Below are positions 45,038-55,558 of a stretch of DNA of 64,000 bases, piece after piece. The stretch lies in assembly GCA_963817885.1 (NCBI GenBank), contig CAWFQE010000002.1, forward strand, positions 704,202 to 768,201, in the 5' to 3' direction. Position 1 is the first letter of the stretch. The number at the start of each line of letters is the position of its first letter. Origin of the DNA: an uncultured Acidobacteriota bacterium. GTDB taxonomy: Bacteria; Acidobacteriota; Vicinamibacteria; Vicinamibacterales; JAKQTR01. Made by a program: the position numbers and the translations under genes. The notes below the pieces were generated by a model. That model saw only the letters and a program-made list of their open reading frames with translations, was not told the DNA's origin and made no database searches.

Positions 45038-47187
45038 CTACATGGACTGGCCGAACTCCGCCGGGAGTGAGATCTTGAGTTCCCTGACCAGGAACGAGAA
45101 CATGTCGGCACGCTCCTCGAGCATCTTGTCGACCGGCTTGCCGGCCCCGTGTCCGGCCTGGGTCTCGATGCGGATGAGGATCGGCGCCGGTCCTGCCTGG
45201 GCCGCCTGCAGCGTCGCGATGAACTTGAAGCTGTGCGCCGGCACCACGCGGTCGTCGTGGTCGGCCGTCGTCGCGAAGGTCGGAGGGTAGCGGACGCCCG
45301 GCTTGATGTTGTGGAGGGGCGAGGTACTTGATGTTGATGTCGAAGCCCTCCTGCGTGTCGGGGTCGCCGTAGTCCGACTTCCATGCCCAGCCGATCGTGA
45401 ACTTCTGGTAGCGGAGCATGTCCATCACGCCGACGGCCGGCAACGCCGCTCCGAACAGGTCCGGCCGCTGGACGAGGCAGGCACCGACCAGGAGGCCGCC
45501 GTTGCTTCCGCCCGCAATGGCGAGCTTCGGCGTGGACGTGTAGCGCTCGCGGATCAGGTACTCGGCCGCCGCGATGAAGTCGTCGAACACGTTCTGCTTG
45601 TTCTTCAGGCGGCCGGCCTCGTACCACGCCTGCCCGTACTCGTTGCCTCCGCGCAGGTTCGCCACGGCGTAGATCCCGCCCATTTCGAGCCACGGGATCA
45701 TCACGGCCGAGAACGACGGCGTCGTCGCGATGTTGAACCCGCCGTATCCGTAGAGATAGGTCGGGTTCCGGCCGTCTTTCGCAAGGCCCTTGCGCCAGGT
45801 CAGGAACATCGGGATCTTCGTGCCGTCCTTCGACGGGTAGAACACCTGCACCGTCTCGTACCGGGCCGGGTCGAAGGCCACCTCCGGCCTCTTGAAGACC
45901 GTGCTCGCGCCGGTCGCGAAGTCGTACCGGTAGATGGTGGTCGGGTAGGTGAACGAGGTGAACGAGTAGAACGTTTCGGTGTCCGACCGCCGGCCGGTGA
46001 AGCCGCTGACGCTGCCGATGGCGGGAAGCGCAATCTCCTTGATCCGCGCCCCGTTCAGCCCGTGCAGCGTCACCTTGTCGTGCACGTCCGACATCCAGGT
46101 CGCGATGAACTGGTTGTCGACCATCGCCACGCTGGTCAACACGTCGCGCCCCTGGCCTTCGGCGATCAGGGCCTTCCACGCCGACGGCGCCAGGCTTCCT
46201 GCGATCGATGGCCACCAGGCGGTACCGTGGCGCGCCGCTGTTGGTGACGACGTAGAACAGGTCGCCGTCGTTGCCGACAACCGAGTACTCGGCGTCGAAG
46301 TCGTTGAGAAACGGCTCGATGGTCCCCTTCGGATCGTTCAGGTCGCGCACGAAGATCCGGTTCTTGTTCTCGGTGCCCTCGGTCTGGTAGATGAGCAGGA
46401 AGCGCCCGTCCTCGGTGACCTCGGTGGAGAACCCCCAGTCCGGCTTGTCCGGACGCTCAAAGACGAGCGGATCCTCGCTCTGCGGGGTACCGAGCTTGTG
46501 GAAGAACACCTTCTGGTTCTTGTTCACCGACTGCAGCAGGTTGCCGGAGGCTGGTGCGTCGTACCGGCTGTAGTAGAAGCCAGTCCCGTTCTTGAGCCAG
46601 CTCGCTTCGCTGAACTTCGACCACTTGACCACGTCGGGCAGGTCCCTGGCGGCCGCAACGTCGCGGACGTGCCACTCGAGCCAGTCCGATCCGCTTGTCG
46701 ACAGCGAGTACGCCATGTAGCGGCCGTCCTCGGTGAACGAGGTGGTTCCGATGGCCACCGTTCCATCGGGCGACAGCGTGTTGGGGTCGATGAGCACTTC
46801 GGGCTGACCCGCCAGCGAGGTCGACTTGTAGACCACCGACTGTCGCTGGAGTCCGGTGTTGCGACTGAAGATGTAATGGGCCCCCTCGCGCGACGGCACG
46901 CCGTATCGATCGTAATCCTGCAGTTGTTTCAGCCGCGCGAACAGCTTCGGCCGTTCGGGAATCGACTCGAGATACCCGAACGTGAGCTTGTTCTCCGCAT
47001 CGATCCAGGCCCGGGTCTCGGCCGAGTCCGAATCCTCCAGCCACCGGTAGGGATCGGCGATCTTCGTACCGAAGAAGTCGTCGACCTGTGACGACTTTCT
47101 GGCCTCCGGATATTTCATGCCGCCCTGCTGGGCGGCCACCGTCACCGACATCATGGCAATAAGGGTCAAGGCAGTGCGCAGGGTCAT
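45038..47187 (-). CDS. prolyl oligopeptidase (S9A) family serine peptidase, secreted; two frameshifts (~46230, ~45290)
   Basis: signal peptide; N-terminal propeller ([24 protein letters not shown]...); catalytic domain in a second frame with [11 protein letters not shown] (GxSxG); C-terminal end with active-site His in a third frame. Confidence 0.7.
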
Positions 47188-47218
47188 GCTCGTGGTCTCG
47201 CGAAAGCGGCGGTCCCTC

Positions 47219-47270
47219 CTGTCATTATGTCACTTCGTCCTTTGATCCGACCTGTCCGACCGGATATGAT
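47219..47270 (+). promoter_or_regulatory. candidate sigma70 promoter TTGATC-17nt-TATGAT preceded by tandem TGTCAtTA/TGTCAcTT direct repeat
   Basis: read directly; -10 about 38 nt upstream of ATG 47308, which has a GGAGGAGG RBS. Confidence 0.4.
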
Positions 47271-47307
47271 ATCGCCTTCCGGAGCCTAGGCTGGAGGAGG
47301 TCCTCGA

Positions 47308-47811
47308 ATGAAGCGCTTGTCCATCCTCGCGTGTGTCGCAAGTGTCGCGCTGGCGGGCTGCAACGGGACGATTTCACCTGTGACACCGACCGGCGTGACG
47401 ACGCTGGTCGCGCAGCTCTCAGCCGCAGGCGTGATTCCAGCGCCGGTCGGCGGCGAGACCCAGGGCGTCGGCAGCGTGACCCTCAGGCTGACGCCGACCA
47501 CGGGAGGGTATTCAGTCGCCTACACCCTGGCCGTTGGCAACGAGCCGCCGGCCACGACCGTGTTCGTGGCAGGCCTCATCCAGCAGGGCCCCGCCGGAAC
47601 CGTCGGTCCGCCGGTCTACCAGACGACGCTCAGTCCGACGGCGCCGGTGCTGACGCCGACCGGCTCGATTCGCCTCGACTTCCTGATCAACCCGGTGCTT
47701 GCACAGGCCGCGGGCGATGCGATGATCGCCAGCCCCTCATCGTTCTACTTCCAGCTCTACTCCGCGGTGAACCAGACCGGGTCGCTGCGCGGACAGCTCG
47801 TCAAGCAGTAG
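47308..47811 (+). CDS. lipoprotein (LAGC lipobox) with CHRD-like beta-rich domain
   Basis: MKRLSILACVASVALAGC; repeated Thr/Gly/Val-rich strands; strong RBS. Confidence 0.5.
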   Translation: MKRLSILACVASVALAGCNGTISPVTPTGVTTLVAQLSAAGVIPAPVGGETQGVGSVTLRLTPTTGGYSVAYTLAVGNEPPATTVFVAGLIQQGPAGTVGPPVYQTTLSPTAPVLTPTGSIRLDFLINPVLAQAAGDAMIASPSSFYFQLYSAVNQTGSLRGQLVKQ

Positions 47812-47845
47812 CGTCGCCCGGAAACCGACATTCGACCAGAGGTGT

Positions 47846-47870
47846 CGCCCGGGGGAACCGCTCCCGGGCG
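47846..47870 (+). terminator. GC hairpin CGCCCGGG-ggaaccgct-CCCGGGCG downstream of the lipoprotein gene
   Basis: 8-bp stem ~35 nt after stop 47811; no T-tract. Confidence 0.3.
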
Positions 47871-48321
47871 GCGCCTCCCCGACGTGGGCGCGCGGGCCGA
47901 TCCTGCGCCTTTCCACGCCCAAATCCCGCCGGCCTCGATAGAAATCATCCGCCAGTCGTCGCCCCTTTCGGCCGTGCCGTCCGCCGGGCATGTACCATCG
48001 GCGGGTGACGGAAAATGGCCTTGCGTTTGCGTCGAGGATTGGCGAAACTGGCTGAAATAGCTGATTTTGGTGTCAGCAACAGCACCTGCCCCATCCCGTG
48101 GCGTCTTCGATGTCTGGCGAACGGACGTTCGTTCGGCACGGCGACGTTCGACGTGTCTCGGAGCGGATCCGGGATACGGGAGCTGTGTGCACGGCGGTGC
48201 GATCCGGGCGCCGTCACGATCCACAGAGTCGCGCCTCGGGTTCAATCGTCCCAATCCTGCAGGCCCTATCCCTTGCGCATGAGGTCCGGTTCGGCTGGCG
48301 CGTTGGAATGTGGAGGCGAAG

Positions 48322-49434
48322 ATGAGCATTCCCAGAAAGGCGTTCCTGGTGACCCTGGCCACGATCCTCGTGGTCGCGCTCCGAGTCACTCCCGCGTCTG
48401 CTCAATGGCTGCTGGAATCGAAAGATCAACAGTCCAATATCCGGATCGGGTTTCTAGCCCAGCCACAGCTCGAGTCCCTCCAGACGCCTGACAAGATGGG
48501 ACGGTCCACCAACCTGTTCCTGCGACGGTTCCGGGTCCTGTTCGGGGGCAAGGTCACCGACAAGTGGACGTTCTTCTTCGAGACTGACAGCCCCAATCTG
48601 GGCAAGGCCAACCCGGACAAGGCGGCCAATCCGACCGGCGCCAAGGACGCGGGCACGATCTACCTGCAGGACGCGTTCGTGACCTACAACTACAGCAACG
48701 ACGTGAAGATCGACACCGGGCTGATCCTGCTCGGCCTGAGCCACAATCATCTGCAGTCGGCCGCGACCCTGCTGCCGGTCGACTACGGCCCGTACACGTT
48801 TCTGGAGTCCACGCCGCTCGGCGAGCGGGTGGGACGCGACTACGGCATCCAGCTCCGGGGCTATCCCATCAACCAGCACGTCGAGTACCGCGTGGGGGTC
48901 TGGCAGGGAATGCGCGGCGTCGAGGCGGTGAACACGCTGCGGATGACCGGGCGCGTGGTCATCTATCCCGTGACCACGGCTCCAACGGGGTTCTTCTACG
49001 AGGGCACCTACCAGGGCAGCAAACAGATGGTCGCCATCGGCGCCGGGTTCGACGTCCAGAAGGACTACTCGATGTTCGGCACCGACGTGTTCATCGAGCA
49101 GCCGTTCAACGGAGGCGAGCAGGGGTTCACCTTCCAGGCCGACTGGAACCGCATGGACGGGGGCCTGCTGGCCCCATCGCTGGCCAAGCAGGACGCGTAC
49201 CTGGTCGAGGCCGGGGCGCACTTCGGCAAGGGCAAGCTGTCGCCATTCCTGCAGTACGCGGGCCGCTCGTTCGACATCAAGACGACGCCGAACCAGAACT
49301 CGCTGCAAGTCGGGCTGGCGTACTGGCTCCAGGGCCCGTATCGAAATATCAAGGTGAGCGTGGGGCGGCTCCACGTGAATGGCCAACCGGATCGATTGCA
49401 GGTCCTGGCGCAGCTGCAGCTGTTCTACTTCTGA
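48322..49434 (+). CDS. outer-membrane porin, OprO/OprP-like (Porin_O_P) family
   Basis: ATG 48322 five nt after GGAGG; signal peptide; C-terminus ...RLQVLAQLQLFYF typical of this porin family; ~500-bp relatively AT-rich leader upstream. Confidence 0.55.
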   Translation: MSIPRKAFLVTLATILVVALRVTPASAQWLLESKDQQSNIRIGFLAQPQLESLQTPDKMGRSTNLFLRRFRVLFGGKVTDKWTFFFETDSPNLGKANPDKAANPTGAKDAGTIYLQDAFVTYNYSNDVKIDTGLILLGLSHNHLQSAATLLPVDYGPYTFLESTPLGERVGRDYGIQLRGYPINQHVEYRVGVWQGMRGVEAVNTLRMTGRVVIYPVTTAPTGFFYEGTYQGSKQMVAIGAGFDVQKDYSMFGTDVFIEQPFNGGEQGFTFQADWNRMDGGLLAPSLAKQDAYLVEAGAHFGKGKLSPFLQYAGRSFDIKTTPNQNSLQVGLAYWLQGPYRNIKVSVGRLHVNGQPDRLQVLAQLQLFYF

Positions 49435-49581
49435 GCGATCACGGGAGACGGGCTGACGAGGCAGCGAAGCAGGCGTCGCGCCCCATCGGCTCTCGGGTAG
49501 CGGCGGCGCCGACGATCTGGCCGGGATGACGAGGGAGTGAGGCATCAATAACTTCGCGAACGGAACAGTGTGGAGGCCCCC

Positions 49582-50830
49582 ATGTCCCCTGCGGTAGGCA
49601 CGATATCGGAACCAGGTCTCAGCCGATGGTGGCGCGTTGTCGGCGGGATGTGCATGAATCTGGCGCTCGGGTCGCTCTATGCCTGGAGCGTGTTCGTCGC
49701 CCCGCTCGAGAAGGAGTTCGGCTGGAAGCGGGCCGACACCTCTTCGGTATACACGTGGGCCATCGTGGTGTTCGCGCTCAGTTTCGTCGTCGCCGGGCGG
49801 CTGCAGGACAGGATCGGCCCGTTCCGCGTGTCCCTGACGGGCGCGATTCTCCTGACCGTGGGATTCCTGCTGTGCGCGTGGACCACCAGCCTGACTTACC
49901 TGATCGTCTGCTTCGGAGTCCTGGTCGGCATCGGCAACGGGTTCGGGTACGCGACGCCGATCCCGGTCATGGCGAAGTGGTTCCCTGACAAGCGCGGCCT
50001 GGCGGTTGGCCTCGCCGTGGCCGGGTACGGCGGCGGATCGGCCATCTTCGGCCCGATGGCCAACCTGTGGCTCATCCCGACCTACGGATGGCGCACGACC
50101 TTCACCGTGCTGGGCGTGGTGTTCTTCGTGATGACGATCGTCGGGGCCTTCCTGCTCAAGAACCCGCCGGCCGGGTACCGCCCGCACGGGTGGACGCCGC
50201 GCCAGCGCCGCGAAAGCGGCCGCGACGGTCCACGAATTCACTCCGGGCCAGATGTGGCGCACCTCGCCGGCGTATCTCATGTGGATCGCCTACGCCCTCG
50301 GCTGCTCGGCCGGCCAGATGGTCATCAGCCAGCTGGTGCCGTTCGCCAAGAGCATGAACATTCCGAGCGAGGCGCTGCAGACCCTCACGCTGATTGTCGG
50401 CGCGACGGGGAACGCGTCCGGCCGGATCCTCTCCGGCTGGATGTCGGACGCGCTGGGCCGGCTGAACGTCCTGCGCCTGATGATCGGCATCTCGGCGGTC
50501 GCCATGCCGCTGCTGTACCTGACGGGCGCCAACGTGGCCATGCTCTACGTCATGGTCTTCGTCGTCTACTGGTGCTACGGCACGCAGCTGTCGGTGAACG
50601 GATCCGCCACGTCCGACTTCTGGGGCACGAAGAACGCCGGCATCAACTACGGCCTGCTGTTCACGGCGTGGGGCGTGGCTGGCATCATCGGACCGAGGAT
50701 CGGCGGCAGCCTTCTTCGACATGTACAAGAACTACGAGGCGGCGTTCTACGCCGCCGGGATCCTGGCGGTCGTCGCGCTGGTCTGCGAGCTGCTGGCCCG
50801 GCGGCCGGAACCTGCCGGTCGAAGCCCGGG
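49582..50830 (+). CDS. MFS transporter, oxalate/formate antiporter (OFA)-like family; two frameshifts (~50220, ~50715)
   Basis: ATG 49582 after GGAGG; OFA-type N-terminus WWRVVGGMCMNLALGSLYAWSVF; remaining TM helices follow in two other frames; acs starts ~90 nt downstream. Confidence 0.6.
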
Positions 50831-50920
50831 TCGTCGTCGCGCGGTGACGCCGGGTTCACGCGATCGAACGCACAGTCGGGTACTGACTTCTACGCTCATG
50901 AACAGGATGGAGGACGTCGT

Positions 50921-53022
50921 ATGTCGGATCACAAGCGAGGCGTGACCGAGACGACCGAGGCGCAGATTGCCGTGCACTGGAAGGAGGAGGAGTACTACAA
51001 GCCTCCCAAGTCCTTCGTCGACCAGGCGAATCTCACTGACGCTTCGATCAACGACCGTTTCGCAGAGAAGAACTTCCCGGAGTGCTTCAACGAATACGCG
51101 GAGATGCTGACCTGGTACGAGCGCTGGCACACCACGCTCGACACCAACGACCCGCCGTTCTGGAAGTGGTTCGTCGGCGGCAAGATCAACGCGTCGTACA
51201 ACTGCGTCGATCGCCACCTGGCGAAATACCGGAACAAGGCCGCGCTGATTACCGTGCCGGAGCCGGAAGACGAGGATCCGGTGGCGGTGACCTACCAGGA
51301 GCTGTACGTCCGGGTGAACGAGTTCGCCGCGGTGCTGCGCGACTTCGCGGGTCTGAAGGCGGGCGACCGCGTCACGATCCACATGCCGATGCTCGCCGAA
51401 CTGCCGATCACCATGCTCGCGTGCGCGCGGCTCGGGGTGATCCACTCGGTGGTGTTCGGCGGCTTCAGCGGCGAGGCGTGCGGGCTGCGGGCCGCCGACT
51501 CGGGCAGCCGCGTGCTGATCTACATGGACGGCTACTACCGCAGCGGCAAGATGATCGATCACAAGGCCGCCGCGGAAATCGCCGTCGCCACCGCGGAGAA
51601 GGAAGGCCAGAAGATCGACAAGATCCTGGTCTGGCGGCGGTACCCGGGCAAGTACTGCTCCGCCGCGCCGATGGTGCAGGGACGCGATTTCTTCGTCGAC
51701 GACGTGCTGAAGAAGTACCGGGGCGCGCACGTCGATCCGGTCCCGATGGACGCCGAGGCGCCCTTGTTCCTGATGTACACGAGCGGCACGACCGGCAAGC
51801 CCAAGGGCTGCCAGCATCGCACCGGCGGGTACCTCGCCTACGTGACCGGCACGTCGAAGTACATCCAGGACATCCACCCCGAGGACACCTACTGGTGCAT
51901 GGCCGACATCGGCTGGATCACCGGCCACTCGTACATCGTCTACGGCCCGCTCGCGCTGGCCGCCACCTCGGTCATCTACGAGGGCGTGCCCACCTTCCCG
52001 GACGCGGGCCGCGTGTGGCGGATCGCGCGAGCGCCTCGGCGTCAACATCTTCCACACCTCGCCGACCGCCATCCGGATGCTGCGAAAGGCCGGCCCCGAC
52101 GAGCCCGCGAAGTACCACTATCACTTCAAGCACATGACCACGGTCGGCGAGCCGATCGAACCGGAAGTGTGGCGGTGGTACTACAACACCGTCGGGAAGA
52201 AGGAGGCCGTGATCGTCGATACGTGGTGGCAGACCGAGAACGGCGGCTTCCTCTGCAGCACCAAGCCGGCGATCGACGCGATGAAGCCGGGCAGCGCGGG
52301 CCCGGGCGTGCCCGGCATCTACCCGGTCATCTACGACGAGAAGGGCCAGGAGATGACGGCGGGCACGGGCAAGGCCGGCAACATCTGCATCAAGAACCCG
52401 TGGCCCGGAATCTTCCAGACGATCTGGGGCGATCGGGACCGGTTCGTCCGCCAGTACCTATGCGAAGTACTGCAAGAACCCGAAGAGCAAGGACTGGCGC
52501 GACTGGCCGTACTTCGCGGCCGACGGCGCCATGCTGGCCGCCGACGGCTACTTCCGCATCCTGGGCCGCGTGGACGATGTCATCAACGTGGCCGGCCATC
52601 GGCTGGGCACGAAGGAACTGGAATCCGCGTGCCTGACTGTGCCCGAGGTCGCCGAAGCCGCGGTGGTCCCGGTCGTCGACGAGATCAAGGGCCGCGTGCC
52701 TGAGATCTACGTCGCCCTCAAGCCCGGGTACGCGCCAACCAAGGAGATCACCGACCGGATCATCTCGACCATCGAAACGATGATCGGCAAGATCGCCCGG
52801 CCGAAGCAGGTCCACATCGTCCCTGACATGCCCAAGACGCGGTCGGGCAAGATCATGCGCCGCGTGCTCGCCGCGATTTCGAACACGCTCGATACGGGCG
52901 ACATCACGACGCTCGCCAATCCCGACGTGGTCGAGCAGATCCGCCAGGCCGTGCAGGGCAAGGAGAAGGTCAAGACGAAGGAAGGCCCGGAGGACCTCAA
53001 GACGTTCGGCCAGGTCGAGTAG
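50921..53022 (+). CDS. acs: acetyl-CoA synthetase (AMP-forming); two frameshifts (~52030, ~52450)
   Basis: Acs N-terminus (YKPPKSFVDQANL..., WFVGGKINASYNCVDRH); AMP-binding YTSGTTGKPKG; C-terminal PKTRSGKIMRRVL with the acetylatable Lys. Confidence 0.8.
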
Positions 53023-53049
53023 CGGCGCGGCTGACCTGTAACCTATAAC

Positions 53050-55473
53050 CTATCTTCGGAATCCGAGCCTCACGTCGCCACCGATCTCGACCCGCCACGA
53101 CCCGTCGTCCTGCTGGCCGGCGTGCGCCTGGGCGGTCATGGCGAACAGCCACGGCAGTTCCTCGACCAGCTGGGAAATGCGGCCGAGGAGCTGCTCCATG
53201 CCGCGGTCAGCCGGAACATCAGCCGCGTCGAGCATTTCACGCACATCGAGATCCGTCAGGGGCGTGATCCTGACGACCGGCGCCGCGCCGCTGCTCGCGA
53301 TCCGGAGCAACGGTCCGAAGCTCGGGTCCGACTGGACCTCGAGCGTCACGGCTCCGGCCTCAGTCATGACCGGCCGAGGGTCGTTCCCGCGCGAAGACAC
53401 CCCGAACAGGCGGAGAATCGTCCACGCCCGCTCGCCGTCGATCCACAGTTCTCGGTCCGTGGAGGTCTCCATGAGACCCGTGACCTCCTGGCGCGCCGCG
53501 GCGGCGTCGACATCCTCGTACCACATCAGCCGCCCGCCCGGCTGCGAGCGGAACGCGGAGTACTGGACCGCCCGGGACAGCGCCTGGGCTGCCGACTCGG
53601 GAAACCGGTACGACGGGAACACGTGATGATGCGACGCGGAGTCGCTCGCACCCTCGACGCCGACCTGAACCGCGCCGGCCGCGCCCATGAGGCACAGCAG
53701 CACCGGCTTCTGGACACCGGTCACGCGCTCGGCTCGAACCACTCCACGCCGGATGCCCCGCCCGACCACCTTCGGGTCGCATCCGTCCACGCACGCGAAC
53801 ATCACGATGAGCGCGTCCACGTCTTCCCGTTCCACGGCCTGCTGCACGCTGGCCTCGTAGGCTTCGACGGTGGCGAGGGGCCCGAGGTCCAGCGCGGTGG
53901 CGGCCGAGGTCTGCAGTCCCCGCGCCTCGCAGGCATCGATGCAGATGGTCAGCACGCCGCCCGAATTGCTGATGAGCGCCACGCGGTTGCCGGCCGGCAG
54001 CGGCTGGTGTGCCAGCAACACCGCGATATCGAACATCTCCTCCAGCGTGTCGGCCCTGATGACGCCGGCCTGGTGGAACAGCACGTCGACGTTGGTGTCG
54101 CTCTCGCCGATGGCCCCGATGTGGGCACGCGCGGCGTCCCGGCCGGCCCGGCTGCGGGCGCTCTTCACGCACAGGATCGGCTTTCGGTACGACAGCCGGC
54201 GCGCCACGCGCGCGAAACGGCGCGGGTTGCCGAACGTCTCGAGGTACAGCAGGGCGATGTCGGTCGACGAATCCTCGTCCCAGTACTGGAGCAGGTCGTT
54301 GCCCGACACGTCGGCTCGATTTCCAGCCGAGACGAAGGTGGAAAATCCCAGGCCGCGCTCGGCCGCGTAGTTGAGGATGACGAGCCCGAGGGCCGCCGAG
54401 TGCGAGTAGAACCCGATGCGGCCGCGGGGCGCCAGCAGGGGCGCCAGGCTGGCGTTGAGGCTGATCTCCGGGTGGGTGTTCTGCAGCCCCAGGCAGTTCG
54501 GGCCGATGAGCCGGGCGCCGTTCGACCGTACCAGGTGAACCAGTTCCTTCTGTCGCTCGGCTCCGTCGGGTCCGGACTCGGCAAAGCCCGAGGTGATGAC
54601 GAGGAGTCCCTTGGTGCCGGCGCGGATGGCGTCGGCGGCGACCTCGAGCACGGTGCCGGCCGGGACGGCAAGAATCACCAGGTCCGCACGCTCGGGCAAG
54701 TCGGCTACCGATGCGTAGGCGCGTACGCCGTAGACGGAGACCGCCTGGTTGTTCACCGGGTACACCGTGCCCGCGAAGTTCGACCGCAGGATGGCGCGGA
54801 AGATCATGCTGCCCACCGCGGCGGGATCGCGCGAGGCGCCGACCACGGCGGCGGTGCGTGGCCGAAGCACCGGCAGCAGCGAATTGGCGGCGGCGATCCG
54901 GTCCCGCAATTCGACCCGTTCCCGGAGCGAGGCCAGTCCGCCGACCGGGAACTCGAGGTGAAGGCTGCTGCCCTCGTAGGCCTGGCACACCTCGAAGCCC
55001 GAGTCGCGGAACACGTTGATCATCGCCTGGTTGTCGTAGAGGACCTCGGCTTCGAAGCCGATGAACCCGGCGCCGGCCGCGATGCCGGCCAGCCGTTCCA
55101 GCAGGAGCGTGCTGATGCCCCGTCCCTGGAACTGATCGTGGACGAGGAACGCCACCTCGGCCTTGCCGAACACGCCCATCGACACGTAGTTGCCGAGCGC
55201 AATGACGCGGGCGTCGGGCTCCTGTCCGACGATCGCCATCAGGCCCAATCGATCGCGCGGATCGCCTGCGCACATCATCTCGACGACACTTCGCGCCACG
55301 TAGGCCACCGCGCCCATGAAGCGCATCTGCAGGCTGGCCGGAGACACGCTTCGTACGAAGGCCTCCACAGCCGGTATATCGCCGGAGGTGGCGGTCCGCA
55401 GCAACACGCTTTCCCCGTCGCGGAGCAGCGTGTATTCGCGAAAGGCCGTGCCGTCAGGGATGATTCGAAACAT
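53050..55473 (-). CDS. protein lysine acetyltransferase Pat-like: N-terminal GNAT fused to NDP-forming acyl-CoA synthetase (CoA-binding/ATP-grasp) domains
   Basis: start MFRIIPDG after GAGGCG; GNAT motif LVHDQFQGRGISTLLLERL; succinyl-CoA-synthetase-like CoA-binding VAVVGASRDPAAVGSMIFRAIL and ligase domains; convergent with acs. Confidence 0.75.
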   Translation of the reverse strand: MFRIIPDGTAFREYTLLRDGESVLLRTATSGDIPAVEAFVRSVSPASLQMRFMGAVAYVARSVVEMMCAGDPRDRLGLMAIVGQEPDARVIALGNYVSMGVFGKAEVAFLVHDQFQGRGISTLLLERLAGIAAGAGFIGFEAEVLYDNQAMINVFRDSGFEVCQAYEGSSLHLEFPVGGLASLRERVELRDRIAAANSLLPVLRPRTAAVVGASRDPAAVGSMIFRAILRSNFAGTVYPVNNQAVSVYGVRAYASVADLPERADLVILAVPAGTVLEVAADAIRAGTKGLLVITSGFAESGPDGAERQKELVHLVRSNGARLIGPNCLGLQNTHPEISLNASLAPLLAPRGRIGFYSHSAALGLVILNYAAERGLGFSTFVSAGNRADVSGNDLLQYWDEDSSTDIALLYLETFGNPRRFARVARRLSYRKPILCVKSARSRAGRDAARAHIGAIGESDTNVDVLFHQAGVIRADTLEEMFDIAVLLAHQPLPAGNRVALISNSGGVLTICIDACEARGLQTSAATALDLGPLATVEAYEASVQQAVEREDVDALIVMFACVDGCDPKVVGRGIRRGVVRAERVTGVQKPVLLCLMGAAGAVQVGVEGASDSASHHHVFPSYRFPESAAQALSRAVQYSAFRSQPGGRLMWYEDVDAAAARQEVTGLMETSTDRELWIDGERAWTILRLFGVSSRGNDPRPVMTEAGAVTLEVQSDPSFGPLLRIASSGAAPVVRITPLTDLDVREMLDAADVPADRGMEQLLGRISQLVEELPWLFAMTAQAHAGQQDDGSWRVEIGGDVRLGFRR

Positions 55474-55485
55474 AAGCGCCTCGCA

Positions 55486-55558
55486 GGGGTCGGGACGGAT
55501 TTCGCGCACTACGGTTTTGTATTTCAGTTTCGTTATGCGCGAAATCCGTCCCGACCCC
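55486..55558. repeat. perfect 23-bp inverted repeat GGGGTCGGGACGGATTTCGCGCA / TGCGCGAAATCCGTCCCGACCCC with 27-nt loop, between acuC and pat
   Basis: read directly; right arm overlaps the acuC stop codon by 1 nt, left arm ends 13 nt before the pat ATG. Confidence 0.8.

Noticed and set aside
44455-47187. 910-aa ORF as one protein (prolyl oligopeptidase fused to a zinc-finger membrane tail)
   Set aside because: The peptidase catalytic and C-terminal segments lie in other frames (frameshifts). The in-frame tail has its own ATG (44949), TM helices and an unrelated architecture, so it is a separate small gene.
47871-48309. Riboswitch or sRNA in the ~500-bp relatively AT-rich leader upstream of the OprO/P-like porin
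   Set aside because: Local stems only (GCTGA...TCAGC). No recognisable riboswitch consensus and no Pho box with canonical spacing. Left as an unexplained long leader.
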